The notes: generated by a model not told the origin, from the letters alone. 64,000 bases of DNA from an uncultured Planctomycetales bacterium (GCA_964428315.1 CAYRXT010000010.1:3523-67522), one strand, 5' to 3'. Positions 1 to 10,336 are shown, numbered from the stretch's first letter. Program-made: numbers and translations.

Positions 1-1
1 G

Positions 2-286
2 ATGGAACAGCGCAACTACAGCGACGTGACCGCCAAGGCCATCGACGACGAAGTGCAGGCCATCGTCAGCAACGCCTACCGCAGGGCCAAGAAGCTCCTG
101 GCCGAAAACAGGGACAAACTCGACACCCTGGCCGGCCGTCTCATGGAGGTGGAGGTGCTCGATGTGAAAGAGGCCCGCAAGATCCTCGGGATACCCGAGC
201 CGGAAAAGCCCGCGCCCCAGAAGGACGCCTCCCCCGAGAAGGTGATTTCTCCCGCTCAGGAACCGCAGCAACCCGAACAGCTTTAA
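2..286 (+). CDS. ftsH: ATP-dependent zinc metalloprotease FtsH, C-terminal fragment (gene starts upstream of window)
   Basis: C-terminal helical region typical of FtsH (...AYRRAKKLLAENRDKLDTLAGRLMEVEVLD...); followed by folP as in the conserved ftsH-folP arrangement. Confidence 0.7.
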   Translation: MEQRNYSDVTAKAIDDEVQAIVSNAYRRAKKLLAENRDKLDTLAGRLMEVEVLDVKEARKILGIPEPEKPAPQKDASPEKVISPAQEPQQPEQL

Positions 287-292
287 ACAGCC

Positions 293-1195
293 ATGCGCGC
301 TGAACGGGGCCATCCGCCGAAACGCAGAATTCTCATCGCCCGCCGGCACAGGATCGCGCTGGGCCGGTCAACCAAAATCATGGGAATCCTCAATGTCACG
401 CCGGATTCCTTCAGCGGCGACGGCCTGCTGCGGGAGGAGGAGGACGTCCGCGCGAAGGTCCTCGACCGGGCCCGGGCCATGGTCCGGGCGGGCGCCCACA
501 TCCTCGACGTCGGCGGAGAGTCCACGCGCCCCGGCGCGCGGATGCTCCCGGTCCGGGAAGAAATGCGCCGCGTCGTTCCGCTGATCCGTCTTCTTGCCGG
601 CCGTATCCGCCGGCCCGTCTCCGTCGACAGTTACAAGCCCGAGGTCGCCGAAGAGGCCCTCAAGGCCGGGGCGTCGATCGTCAACACCATCATGGGCACG
701 CCCGTCGATCCGAGGCTCCTCAAGACGGTCAGGCGCCACAAGGCCGCGGTCGTCCTCATGCACATCCGCGGGACGCCGCGGACCATGCAGAAGGACATCC
801 GTTACACGGACGTCGTCGCCGAAATCATTGAGGAACTCGGAAAATCCATCGAAAAGTGCTTGGAAATCGGAATCACTTCGGATAGAATTGTAATTGACCC
901 CGGCATCGGGTTCGGGAAGACAGCCGGACACAATCTCGAGATCTTGCGCCGCCTGGGTGAGTTCAGTGTCCTCGGCCTGCCGGTCCTGATCGGCCCGTCG
1001 AGAAAATCATTTATCGGGAAGGTCCTGCGCAAACCGCCTCCCGAACGCCTCCCGGGCACCCTCGCCGCCGTCTGCGCGGGAGTCTTGAACGGTGCCGCCA
1101 TCGTACGGGTCCACGATGTCCAAGAGGCCGCCGACGCCGTCAAAATGATCGAGGCCATCCGGCATCCGGGGAGATTTATGGCGGAGAAGGGGTAA
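293..1195 (+). CDS. folP: dihydropteroate synthase (true start may be the ATG at 380, MGILNVTPDSF)
   Basis: ILNVTPDSFSGDG, GAHILDVGGESTRPG, DPGIGFGKT pterin-binding motifs. Confidence 0.85.
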   Translation: MRAERGHPPKRRILIARRHRIALGRSTKIMGILNVTPDSFSGDGLLREEEDVRAKVLDRARAMVRAGAHILDVGGESTRPGARMLPVREEMRRVVPLIRLLAGRIRRPVSVDSYKPEVAEEALKAGASIVNTIMGTPVDPRLLKTVRRHKAAVVLMHIRGTPRTMQKDIRYTDVVAEIIEELGKSIEKCLEIGITSDRIVIDPGIGFGKTAGHNLEILRRLGEFSVLGLPVLIGPSRKSFIGKVLRKPPPERLPGTLAAVCAGVLNGAAIVRVHDVQEAADAVKMIEAIRHPGRFMAEKG

Positions 1196-1390
1196 GGGAA
1201 AGCAAGGGGGGATGTCTTCGGGGATACAGCGATTGGCCTTTCGGGTATTGTTCCGCATTTTGAAGCGAAGAAGAATATCAAGAAACTGCCGACATAAATC
1301 CGTAAAGCTTCATTTTGCTTCTGGATTTGTTTACCGCTAGACACTTGCCACTTACTACTAATTACTGCTAACGGAATAATAATCTCTCAA

Positions 1391-2173
1391 ATGATCGAAG
1401 TCGCCTGGCTGACCATAAAACCCATCATCGAAATCATCATCCTCTGGGTCATGTTTTACCACGTCCTGGTCTTTTTCCAGGGGACGCGCGCCTTCCAGGT
1501 CCTCAAAGGACTGTCGTACCTGATCCTGGCCTTTCTGATATCCTCGATCCTAGATTTTCCGACGCTGAACTGGCTTCTGACGAATTTTTTCGCCATCTCG
1601 ATCATCGCGGTCCTGATCATCTTTCAGCAGGAACTCCGCCAGGGGCTCGCCCGCCTGGGGCAGCAGCACCTGTTCAACGTCGGCCTGGAAGAATCCGAGA
1701 TCGTCGCCATCATCGAAGAACTGACAGGGGCCCTGGAGAAGCTTTCCAAAAAAAGGATCGGAGCCCTCATCGCGATCGAGAGGGAAACCGCGCTGAAGAC
1801 GTATATCGAAAGCGGGGTGCCCCTAGACGCCAGGGTTTCCGCCGAGCTGATCCAGACCATCTTCACGCCGCGCACGCCCCTCCACGACGGAGGCGTCATC
1901 ATCCGGGGCGAGCGGGTCGTGGCGGCCTCGTGCCTGTTCCCTTTGTCCGACAACCCGAACTTCAGCAAGCTCATCGGGACCCGGCACCGGGCCGCGCTGG
2001 GCATGACCGAACAGACCGACGCCATCGTCCTCATCGCCTCCGAGGAGACCGGCGAGATCTCGGTGGCCACGGAGGGACGGTTCATCCCCATCATCAACAG
2101 GGAACGCTTTGCCAATATTTTGAAGAATTTCCTGGTCAAACAGCCGCCCGCGGCGCAACCACGACGGACTTGA
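1391..2173 (+). CDS. cdaA: diadenylate cyclase CdaA (c-di-AMP synthase), membrane anchored
   Basis: Three N-terminal TM helices then DAC domain: TPLHDGGVII...GTRHRAALGMTEQTDAIVLIASEETGEISVA. Confidence 0.85.
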   Translation: MIEVAWLTIKPIIEIIILWVMFYHVLVFFQGTRAFQVLKGLSYLILAFLISSILDFPTLNWLLTNFFAISIIAVLIIFQQELRQGLARLGQQHLFNVGLEESEIVAIIEELTGALEKLSKKRIGALIAIERETALKTYIESGVPLDARVSAELIQTIFTPRTPLHDGGVIIRGERVVAASCLFPLSDNPNFSKLIGTRHRAALGMTEQTDAIVLIASEETGEISVATEGRFIPIINRERFANILKNFLVKQPPAAQPRRT

Positions 2174-2303
2174 TGCCATGATCATAAAAAGATGGTTCAC
2201 CCACAACATTACGATCAAAATCATCGCCCTGGGCCTAGCGGTCATCACCTGGATCTACGTCAACTGGGAACTCGCCAGATCACCGGGCTGAACACGGAAC
2301 ACT

Positions 2304-3017
2304 ATGCCTAAACTCGGCGTCAACATCGACCACGTCGCCACCCTGCGCCAGGCGCGGCGGGGATTCGACCCGGACACGCTCACCGCCGCCCGCATCTGCG
2401 AATCCGCCGGAGCGGACAGCTTGGTCGTCCATCTGCGCGAGGACCGCCGCCATATCCAGGACAGCGACGTGCGCAAACTCCGCGAGAGCCTCACCGTTGG
2501 CATGAACCTGGAGATGTCGATCCAGCCCGGGATCGTGCGCATCGCCTGCCGGGTCAAACCCGACGATGCGACGCTGGTCCCCGAAAAGAGGCAGGAGCTG
2601 ACCACCGAGGGCGGGCTGGATGTCGCCGGGCACCTGTCCCGCGTCAGGAAAACCGTCGGACAGCTCTCCCGGGCCGGGATCCGCGTCAGCCTCTTTATCG
2701 ACCCGGTAAAGAAACAGATACGCGCGGCGAGAGAGAGCGGCGCCGGCGTCATCGAACTGCACACCGGACGCTACGCCGGGGCCAGGACCCCTTCGGCTCT
2801 CCGGCAGCAGCTGTGCAAGATCAACGAGGCGGCCGCCTTCGCCGGGTCCTTGGGATTGACCGTCAACGCCGGACACGGCCTGAATTACGACAACACCAGG
2901 GCGGTAGCCCGCATCCCGGGCATCGAAGAGCTGAACATCGGCCATTCCATCATCGCCCGGGCCGTTTTCGTCGGTCTGGACAAGGCGGTGCGGGACATGC
3001 GCAAACTGGTCCGTTAG
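2304..3017 (+). CDS. pdxJ: pyridoxine 5'-phosphate synthase
   Basis: KLGVNIDHVATLRQARR..., HLREDRRHI, full-length TIM-barrel PdxJ pattern. Confidence 0.9.
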   Translation: MPKLGVNIDHVATLRQARRGFDPDTLTAARICESAGADSLVVHLREDRRHIQDSDVRKLRESLTVGMNLEMSIQPGIVRIACRVKPDDATLVPEKRQELTTEGGLDVAGHLSRVRKTVGQLSRAGIRVSLFIDPVKKQIRAARESGAGVIELHTGRYAGARTPSALRQQLCKINEAAAFAGSLGLTVNAGHGLNYDNTRAVARIPGIEELNIGHSIIARAVFVGLDKAVRDMRKLVR

Positions 3018-3031
3018 GATTTAGCACAGCT

Positions 3032-3415
3032 ATGCCTCAAGAAAAGAAAATCACGGACGCGCCCCCCATACTGGGCCACGGCGTCGATATCATCGAAACC
3101 GGACGCATCGAAAAGGCGATCTCCCGCTGGGGGGACAACCTCCTGGACCACGTCTTCACGCCCGGCGAGATCGAATATGCCCGGAAACACCGTTTTTCCG
3201 CCCAGCATTTCGCCGGACGGTTTGCTGCCAAGGAGGCGGTCCTGAAGGCCTTCGGGGACAACCGGCACCTGAACTGGAAAGACATCGAGATCGTCAACGA
3301 AAAGAACGGCCGGCCCGTGTGCCGGTTCAAAGATAACACTTTCGATAAAAGGATCTTTGTCTCGATCTCCCATACTCCGAATTATGCGGTTGCCAGCGCC
3401 ATTATTACGCCGTAA
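3032..3415 (+). CDS. acpS: holo-[acyl-carrier-protein] synthase (4'-phosphopantetheinyl transferase)
   Basis: ILGHGVDIIETGRIE, FAAKEAVLKAFG motifs; classical pdxJ-acpS pairing; track ORF 2813..3415 is an upstream extension overlapping pdxJ. Confidence 0.85.
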   Translation: MPQEKKITDAPPILGHGVDIIETGRIEKAISRWGDNLLDHVFTPGEIEYARKHRFSAQHFAGRFAAKEAVLKAFGDNRHLNWKDIEIVNEKNGRPVCRFKDNTFDKRIFVSISHTPNYAVASAIITP

Positions 3416-4253
3416 GAAAAACGTCCACAAATACTCATTCGGCCACGCCCTGGTCCTGGCCGGTTCGCGGTCCATGCTCGGGGCCGCGGCCCTGACTTCC
3501 TTGGCCGCGATGCGTTCGGGCGCGGGCATGGTGACCTTGGGCGTCCCCCGGAGCCTCAACCTAGCGGCCCAGAAAAAGATCTCGCCGGTCGTCATCACGC
3601 TGCCTCTGCCGGAAACGGACCGCCAGGGCCTGGCCCTTTCCGCTTTCCGGACCCTGGAAAAACAGCCCGAAAGATGGGACGTGGCCGCCCTGGGACCGGG
3701 CCTCTCGCGCCATCCTTCGACGGTGGAACTCGTGCGCAGACTGATTTCCCGGATGCCGGTGCCGCTGGTCATTGACGCGGACGCGCTATTCGCGGTCGCC
3801 AAAGACCCGGACTGTCTGCTCAAAAGCGGAACCGCGAAAATCCTGACGCCGCACACAGGGGAAATGTCCCGGCTCACGGGCAAGACAAAGGCCGCCATCG
3901 AAAAGGACCGCCGTCGCATCAGCGAACGATTCGCGAAGGAACACCGGTGTGTCCTTGTCCTTAAGGGCCCGCGGACGCTTGTCGCCGCGGAAGGACACAG
4001 GACATTCATCAACCGGACCGGGAACGCCGGCCTGGCCACCGCCGGAAGCGGAGACGTCCTCACGGGCATGATCGCCGCCTTTCTGGCCCAGGGGATACCC
4101 GATTTTACGGCGGCGAAGACCGCGGTCTATCTGCACGGCCTGGCCGCCGACATCGCGGCGCGCCGATCGGTCAAGGCCTCGCTGATCGCGACAGACGTCA
4201 TCGAAAAGATCCCTGCCGCACTCGTTCAGGCCAAACGCCATAATGCCGCGTAA
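3357..4253 (+). CDS. nnr: ADP-dependent NAD(P)H-hydrate dehydratase (YjeF C-terminal/Nnr2 domain); likely start at ATG 3384
   Basis: YSFGHALVLAGSRSMLGAAAL, GSGDVLTGMIAAFLAQG motifs. Confidence 0.8.
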   Translation: MSRSPILRIMRLPAPLLRRKKNVHKYSFGHALVLAGSRSMLGAAALTSLAAMRSGAGMVTLGVPRSLNLAAQKKISPVVITLPLPETDRQGLALSAFRTLEKQPERWDVAALGPGLSRHPSTVELVRRLISRMPVPLVIDADALFAVAKDPDCLLKSGTAKILTPHTGEMSRLTGKTKAAIEKDRRRISERFAKEHRCVLVLKGPRTLVAAEGHRTFINRTGNAGLATAGSGDVLTGMIAAFLAQGIPDFTAAKTAVYLHGLAADIAARRSVKASLIATDVIEKIPAALVQAKRHNAA

Positions 4254-6096
4254 TGCCCCCATGGCCCCTTTACCCGCCAAAAACGATCCCTGTCCCTGCA
4301 AAAGCGGAAAGAAATACAAAAAATGCTGTGAAGGCAAGTCTTCCTTAGCGAAATTTATCTCTTTCGCCTCCCCCCGTAAAAGGCAGACCTTTTATTGGCT
4401 CTTCCTGCTGGTGTTTCTTTCCTGCGCGGGATGGGCCACTTATTCCAATAGCCTCTCGGGCGATTTCATGCTCGACGATTATCCCCATATCGTTGACAAC
4501 GAAAATATCCGCGCGTCTTCGTCTTTGATGAACATTCTGACAGATACACGGCGGCCCGTCGTCAAACTGTCCCTGGCCTTGAATTACCGCCTCCATGGAC
4601 TGGACAAAGAAGGCTACCATGTCTTCAATCTTATTGTTCATTGTCTGAACGGTATTGTCCTGTTTTTGCTTCTAACACGGATTCTCGAAATATGTCTCCC
4701 GGCCAAGCCCGCAGCCCAGCGTCTGACGACCGCTTGCGCCGCCAGTCTCCTCTGGCTGGCACACCCGCTGAATACCCAGAGTGTCACATATATTATCCAG
4801 CGCAGTGAATCGCTCATGGGCCTGTTTTATCTGCTGACATTTTTATCGGCTGTCATGAGTTTTCAAACAGGGAAGAGGCGGACATTCTGGGCGCTTGTCT
4901 CGACCTCCTTCTGCTTTCTTGGAACCCTCACAAAAGAGTCCATGGTCACCGCGCCGGCGCTTATTTTACTTTTCGACCGGACTTTTGTGTCGGGATCCTT
5001 CGCCGTGGCGTGGAGGCGCAACCGTTCTCTCTATTGCGGCCTCTTTCTGAGCTGGGCCGTTATGGCTCTTTTATTATTCCTGACTAAGACCGAAGAGCTC
5101 AGGCCGACCGCCGGCTTTACGTCCACAGAGGTCTCCTGGTTCCGGTATCTGATGACGCAACCGAACGTCATTCTGCACTACCTCCGCCTGGCCTTTTATC
5201 CGAGACCGCTGGTCTTTGATTACGCCTGGCCGTTCGCCGAAAACATACGGGAAGTCCTGCTGCCTCTTACGGCTGTCAGTGCTATGATCGCCGCGGCGTC
5301 CATCCTGGTCTGGAAAAGATCGAAGGCGGGGTTTGCGGCGGCGGCCTTTTTTCTCCTGCTGGCCCCGACCTCAAGCATCCTGCCGATCAAGGACGCCCTA
5401 TTCGAATACCGGATGTACCTGCCGCTCATTGCGCTCGCGATCCTGTTTGTCTGTGGCCTTCAATCCCTCCTGGAAGAAATATTTTCCAAAGACATCGTCC
5501 GGCTGAAGCTTTTTTTGATTATCATTATCCTTATCGCCGTTTCTCTGGGCCACGCGACCTTTGAGCGGAACAAGGATTATCACCATAGAGTCCTCATGTG
5601 GAAGGACGTCATCCGCAAACAGCCCGCCAACGCGCGCGCCCACAACAATCTGGGAAAAATCTATTTCGACATGGGAGAAGGCAAAAAGGCGCTTTCGTTT
5701 TATCAGAAGGCCGTCCGGCTGGATCCGGACTACAGCGATGCCTACACCAACATCGGGGTTTATTATTCAAAAGCGGGAAATCCCGCCAAGGCGGAGGGCT
5801 TTTACCGCAGGGCCCTGGGGCTCGATGAGAAGCACGGCGTCGCGCATTACAATCTTGGCACACTCCTTATGGCCGAACAGAAATATCAGGAGGCCGTCGG
5901 ACATTTCCTTCAGGCCCTGAAATACCGCTTCTTCAAACCGGATGTCTATCATAATCTGGCCTTGTGTCTGTACGGGATCGACAAAAGGGGTGAAGCCCTG
6001 TCCGTTCTGAAAATATTAACCCAACGCCATCCGGGATACCGGCCGGGACACAAACTCCTGGACGAAATGCGCCGGATGCCTCCGGCAACGCCGTGA
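4243..6096 (+). CDS. TMTC-like polytopic GT-C-type glycosyltransferase with N-terminal SEC-C zinc motif and C-terminal TPR repeats
   Basis: CPCKSGKKYKKCC at residues 17-29. ~10 TM segments with acidic MLDDYP motif in first predicted loop. C-terminal ~170 aa are TPR-like (AHNNLGKIYFDMGEGKKALSFYQKAVRLDPDYSDAYTNIG...). Confidence 0.6.
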   Translation: MPRNAPMAPLPAKNDPCPCKSGKKYKKCCEGKSSLAKFISFASPRKRQTFYWLFLLVFLSCAGWATYSNSLSGDFMLDDYPHIVDNENIRASSSLMNILTDTRRPVVKLSLALNYRLHGLDKEGYHVFNLIVHCLNGIVLFLLLTRILEICLPAKPAAQRLTTACAASLLWLAHPLNTQSVTYIIQRSESLMGLFYLLTFLSAVMSFQTGKRRTFWALVSTSFCFLGTLTKESMVTAPALILLFDRTFVSGSFAVAWRRNRSLYCGLFLSWAVMALLLFLTKTEELRPTAGFTSTEVSWFRYLMTQPNVILHYLRLAFYPRPLVFDYAWPFAENIREVLLPLTAVSAMIAAASILVWKRSKAGFAAAAFFLLLAPTSSILPIKDALFEYRMYLPLIALAILFVCGLQSLLEEIFSKDIVRLKLFLIIIILIAVSLGHATFERNKDYHHRVLMWKDVIRKQPANARAHNNLGKIYFDMGEGKKALSFYQKAVRLDPDYSDAYTNIGVYYSKAGNPAKAEGFYRRALGLDEKHGVAHYNLGTLLMAEQKYQEAVGHFLQALKYRFFKPDVYHNLALCLYGIDKRGEALSVLKILTQRHPGYRPGHKLLDEMRRMPPATP

Positions 6097-6190
6097 ATAA
6101 AATTAAATAAAATCGACTGCCGATTTGGCGGCGCCATGCCGTTCTGCTATAATACCTTAAACATAAATCCATGAAAGGCGGGAGACCAAC

Positions 6191-7144
6191 GTGAAACTCA
6201 TCGTCCTGATACCTTGTCTTAACGAAGAGGAACCCCTGCCCCGGACCATCCGGTCCGTCCCCCGGCAGATCAACGGGGCCGACGCGGTGGAGGTCCTGGT
6301 CTTCGACGACGGCAGTACGGACCGGACCGTCGAGGTCGCCCGCGAAAACGGGGCCGACCATGTCGTTCGTTTCACAAAACGCAAGGGGCTGGCCAAGGTC
6401 TTCCATGCCGGGCTGGACGCCTGCCTGCATCACGGCGCGGACGTCATCGTCAACTTCGACGCCGACGGCCAGTACAGGGGTGAGGACATCCCGCGGCTGG
6501 TCGCGCCGATCCTGGAAGGGAAGGCGGACATCGTCATCGGAAACCGGGACATCGAAAACGTCAAGCAGTTTTCTTTTCTCAAAAAACGCCTCCAGCGGAT
6601 CGGCAGCTGGACGGTGAGAAAGCTCGCCGGGTCGGACATCGCCGACGTCACCACCGGATTCAGGGCCTACAGCCGGGAAGCGGCCCTGCGGCTCAACATC
6701 ATTTCCGAATACACCTACACCATCGAGAGCATCATCCAGGCGGCGAACAAGAACCTGGCCGTGGCCAACATCACCGTCAGGACCAACGAGGTCCAGCGGC
6801 CTTCGCGGCTGTTAAAAAGCATCCCGGAATACCTGAAGCGCTCGGTCATCACGATCGTGCGCATCTATGCGATGTTCAATCCCTTAAGGCTGTTCATCAC
6901 CGCCGGGACGCTGTTCACAGCCGCCGGATTTCTCCTCAGCTGCCGGTTCCTGTATTATTACCTGACGGGGGCGGGGGGAGGGAAGGTGCAGTCCCTGATC
7001 CTGGCGGCGGTCCTGCTGATCATCGGGTTCCAGCTCATGGTCATCGGTCTGGTCTCGGACCTCATCTCCGCCAACCGCCGTCTCATCGAGGACTGCCTGC
7101 TGAGGATCAAGCGCACGGAGATGAAGATAAGCGGCAAATCATGA
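6191..7144 (+). CDS. GT2 polyprenyl-phosphate hexosyltransferase (Dpm1/GtrB/ArnC-like), GTG start
   Basis: LIPCLNEEE, VFDDGSTDRT GT-A signature; two C-terminal TM helices as in GtrB/ArnC. Confidence 0.75.
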   Translation: MKLIVLIPCLNEEEPLPRTIRSVPRQINGADAVEVLVFDDGSTDRTVEVARENGADHVVRFTKRKGLAKVFHAGLDACLHHGADVIVNFDADGQYRGEDIPRLVAPILEGKADIVIGNRDIENVKQFSFLKKRLQRIGSWTVRKLAGSDIADVTTGFRAYSREAALRLNIISEYTYTIESIIQAANKNLAVANITVRTNEVQRPSRLLKSIPEYLKRSVITIVRIYAMFNPLRLFITAGTLFTAAGFLLSCRFLYYYLTGAGGGKVQSLILAAVLLIIGFQLMVIGLVSDLISANRRLIEDCLLRIKRTEMKISGKS

Positions 7145-7172
7145 CACGAACCCGACGGCCCGCACAGGATCC

Positions 7173-8195
7173 ATGAACATCCTCTTCGACATCAACCACC
7201 CCGCGCACGTCCATTTTTTCAAAAACGCCATCCGTATCTTAAAATCCCGGGGTCACCATGTGGTCATCACCGCCCGGGACAAAGAGGTCACCGTCCAGCT
7301 GCTCAGGCATCTCGGTTTTGAGTTCAAGACACTGAGCAGGATGCGAATAGGGCTCTTGGGCCTGGCCGCGGAACTGCTGACGCGCCAGATCAGGCTTTTC
7401 CCCATTCTCCTCAGGAACAAGATCCAGGTCTGCGTCTCGGTCACCGGCGCGTGCAACGTTCCTGTCGCCAGGCTGCTGGGCATCCCCGCCCTGGTCTTTT
7501 ATGACACGGAACATGCCCGGTTGCAGAACGCGCTCACCATCCCCTTCGCGACGCGTTATTTTACCCCTTATTGCTACGAGGCCCCTGACCGGAAAAACCA
7601 GGTCCGTTACAAGGGCGTCCATGAGCTGGCCTACCTGCATCCACAGTATTTCTCGCCGGACCCGGATATTTTAAAACGGCTGGGCGTCGGAGAATGCGAA
7701 AAATTTGTTGTCCTGCGCTTTGTGGCCTGGGGCGCGAGCCACGACGTCGGGCAAAAGGGGATGTCCCTGGAGTTAAAGCGGGCCCTGATCCGGGAACTGG
7801 CGCCTCACGCGAAAATCTTCATCGTCTCGGAATCGCCCCTGCCGGAGGAATTCGAGCCCTTCCGCTTCGCCCTGCCTCCCGAGCGCGTGCACGACGCCCT
7901 CTATTACGCCGCGTTGTTCATCGGGGAAGGCGCCACCATGGCCTCGGAATGCGCCTGCCTGGGCACACCGGCGATCTACGTCAATACGCTCAAGCTGGGT
8001 TACATTTCCATGGAGGCCCGGCACGGGCTCGTTGTCGATTTGGAGGATGACCGGGCCGTCCTCAAACGGGCAGGAGAGATCATTAAAAACGCGGACAGTG
8101 TTTCCCGCAAAGAAGAGAGAAAAAGGTTTTTGGCCGACCACATCGACGTGTCGCAGTTCATCGTCGATCAGATCCTGAGGTTCAACAAGGCGTAA
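7173..8195 (+). CDS. DUF354-family protein (GT-B/epimerase-like fold), glycosylation-cluster associated
   Basis: N-terminus MNILFDINHPAHVHFFKNAI matches my recollection of the DUF354 family opening; 340 aa soluble. Confidence 0.5.
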   Translation: MNILFDINHPAHVHFFKNAIRILKSRGHHVVITARDKEVTVQLLRHLGFEFKTLSRMRIGLLGLAAELLTRQIRLFPILLRNKIQVCVSVTGACNVPVARLLGIPALVFYDTEHARLQNALTIPFATRYFTPYCYEAPDRKNQVRYKGVHELAYLHPQYFSPDPDILKRLGVGECEKFVVLRFVAWGASHDVGQKGMSLELKRALIRELAPHAKIFIVSESPLPEEFEPFRFALPPERVHDALYYAALFIGEGATMASECACLGTPAIYVNTLKLGYISMEARHGLVVDLEDDRAVLKRAGEIIKNADSVSRKEERKRFLADHIDVSQFIVDQILRFNKA

Positions 8196-8199
8196 CAAC

Positions 8200-9303
8200 A
8201 TGCGCATTTTATACGTCCAGTACGGCAATCCCTGGAACCCTTTTTCCCACGGCGGCCTGGCCCATGCCGGCCACCAGATCTGCCGCCGCCTGGCAAAAAG
8301 GCATGACATGGAAATCCTCACCGGCCTGATCCTTCAAAACCGGGAAGCCTTAAAGAGTAAAACAGCCGACAATGTCTTTTACCAGTCCTGCTCTATGAGT
8401 AAGAACAGATATTTGAACCGCCTGGCCTTCTCAAAGAAAAGTCTGAGTCATGATTACGACCCCTTCGATGTGATCGTTGTACCCTGGGACCGTTACGCCC
8501 CCTTCATCAACCTTCATGTTCAAAAGCCCCTGGTTCTGGAAATTCATCAGGATTATTTCAACGCGCCGTCTAAACTCGCGTTGATCGAACCGCTCTGCCG
8601 CCTCCTGTTCCAACGCGTCCTCCGCCGCTACCCGAACGCCGTCGCCGTCTCCGAAACGCTTTTGCATTTTCTCGAAGAAATGCGCCTCCGGCCTAAAAAC
8701 GCCGCCGTCATCTATAACGGGACGGACGACGAATTGTTCATCGAACCGGACGGACCGGTGAATGAAAAACACATTCTTTATCTGGGACAGCTGGACACCC
8801 GCGGCAAGGGCCTGGACATTCTCCTGAAGGCCTACCGGCAGGCTGAGGTGGACACGCCTTTGAAGATCGCCGGGAACGGAAAAGACGGGGCCGCATTAAA
8901 ACGGCTTGCCTCCGAAATGCGCATCGGGCACAAGGTATCCTTCACCGGGTGGGTCTGCGGGAAGGAAAAAATCGACACTATTAAGGAGGCCTTGTTTGTC
9001 TGCCTGCCGTCGAAGACGGAAGGCTGGCCACTGGTCATCAATGAAGCCGCGGCCATGGGCAAACCCGCCGTCGGCTCCCGGGTGGTCGGCATCTCGGAGG
9101 CCATCATCCATGAAAAAACCGGCCTTCTGTTCGAACAGGGGAATACGCAGGACCTCACCCGGGCTATCCGGTTATTATCGACAGATGCCGCGTACCGTCG
9201 CTGGCTTGGAGGGAACGCGAAGGCGCGGGCCAGATCGTTTACCTGGGACAGAAGCGCGCAACAAAGGGAGGCCTATTTTTGTAGCATCCGGCAACCCGGT
9301 TAA
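8200..9303 (+). CDS. glycosyltransferase family 4 (GT-B, retaining)
   Basis: C-terminal EGWPLVINEAAAMGKPAVGSRVVGISEAIIHEKTGLLFE (EX7E-type GT4 motif). Confidence 0.75.
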   Translation: MRILYVQYGNPWNPFSHGGLAHAGHQICRRLAKRHDMEILTGLILQNREALKSKTADNVFYQSCSMSKNRYLNRLAFSKKSLSHDYDPFDVIVVPWDRYAPFINLHVQKPLVLEIHQDYFNAPSKLALIEPLCRLLFQRVLRRYPNAVAVSETLLHFLEEMRLRPKNAAVIYNGTDDELFIEPDGPVNEKHILYLGQLDTRGKGLDILLKAYRQAEVDTPLKIAGNGKDGAALKRLASEMRIGHKVSFTGWVCGKEKIDTIKEALFVCLPSKTEGWPLVINEAAAMGKPAVGSRVVGISEAIIHEKTGLLFEQGNTQDLTRAIRLLSTDAAYRRWLGGNAKARARSFTWDRSAQQREAYFCSIRQPG

Positions 9304-9339
9304 TCCTCAGCCAGCGATGCCAGGGCCTTCAAGACCGCC

Positions 9340-10290
9340 ATGAAAAACAAACAACACATCCTCTTGTTCCTAAAATGGACGATCACCATCCTTATCTGCG
9401 CGGCGTTGACGCATTATATTTTAAAAAATCTCTCGGATTTTAAAAAGCTTTTGTCTGTTGAACTCCGTTACATTGCCGTCATATCCTTCCTGAGTATCAT
9501 GGACCTTTTTTTCCTGGCTTACCGTTATTTTCTGTCCATACGGCTTTTGACGGACAACATACGCTACGCGACCTGCATCAAATATTTTGTCACCGGTGCG
9601 TTCCTCAGCAGTGTTTTGACTCAAGCGGGAAACGTCTATAAGGCCGCAAGTTTAAAGATGCGAAACCGGGTGAATCTCAAGCAATATATCTCCATACAGT
9701 TTTTCTTTTCCTGGAGCAATCTGGCCTTCTCCTTATGTATTGCGTCGGTCCTGGTCGGGTTTGATCCGCCGCAAACTCAGTGGGGCCCGGCGCCCGTCCC
9801 GCTTGTGTTTTTCACCCTGCTGGCCTTTCTCATGCTGACCCCATTCGCCGTCAGCCGTTTATTGAGCCGCTTTCGGCTGGACGGACATCCAAAGCTGATC
9901 TGGCTATCCTCGCAGATCAGGGCCTCCGCGCACTCTTTCCATGCGCTTTTGAAAAAACCGTCCGTCCTTTTTTCCATAAGCCTGATTCTTTGCGCGCATT
10001 TCATCACCAATATCCTGATCCTGCGCTACGCCTTTGAAAACATCGGCGTTCCGTTGTCTTTTCCGGTTCTGGCGGTGTTTCTGGTCATCACCCGGATGGG
10101 AAATCTGATTAACATTACGCCTTCTAATATAGGCATCCGCGAATTTATATTCGGGGCCCTGGCTCATTCTTTCCGGTTCCCGATCGAGGCGGGCGTCTCG
10201 GCCTCTCTGATAATCCGTCTGCTGAACTTTTTGATCTACGGACTATTCGCAATGATCTGTCATCTCACGGACAGATGCGGAAGAAAGTGA
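9340..10290 (+). CDS. polytopic membrane protein, flippase-like (UPF0104/LPG-synthase-TM-like)
   Basis: ~8 TM helices, no soluble domain; position between GT genes. Confidence 0.4.
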   Translation: MKNKQHILLFLKWTITILICAALTHYILKNLSDFKKLLSVELRYIAVISFLSIMDLFFLAYRYFLSIRLLTDNIRYATCIKYFVTGAFLSSVLTQAGNVYKAASLKMRNRVNLKQYISIQFFFSWSNLAFSLCIASVLVGFDPPQTQWGPAPVPLVFFTLLAFLMLTPFAVSRLLSRFRLDGHPKLIWLSSQIRASAHSFHALLKKPSVLFSISLILCAHFITNILILRYAFENIGVPLSFPVLAVFLVITRMGNLINITPSNIGIREFIFGALAHSFRFPIEAGVSASLIIRLLNFLIYGLFAMICHLTDRCGRK

Positions 10291-10336
10291 TCCGGCGCAC
10301 GTAACGGGATTATCTTTTCGCCTTCTTCGAAATTTT

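Noticed and set aside
1196-1390. Possible c-di-AMP riboswitch or other leader upstream of cdaA
   Set aside because: No recognisable ydaO-type conserved helices or ACGR motifs by eye. Left as plain intergenic.
2280-4337. Several long minus-strand ORFs (2280-2945, 3014-4069, 3786-4337)
   Set aside because: Antisense to pdxJ, acpS and nnr. No recognisable domains. High-GC artefacts.
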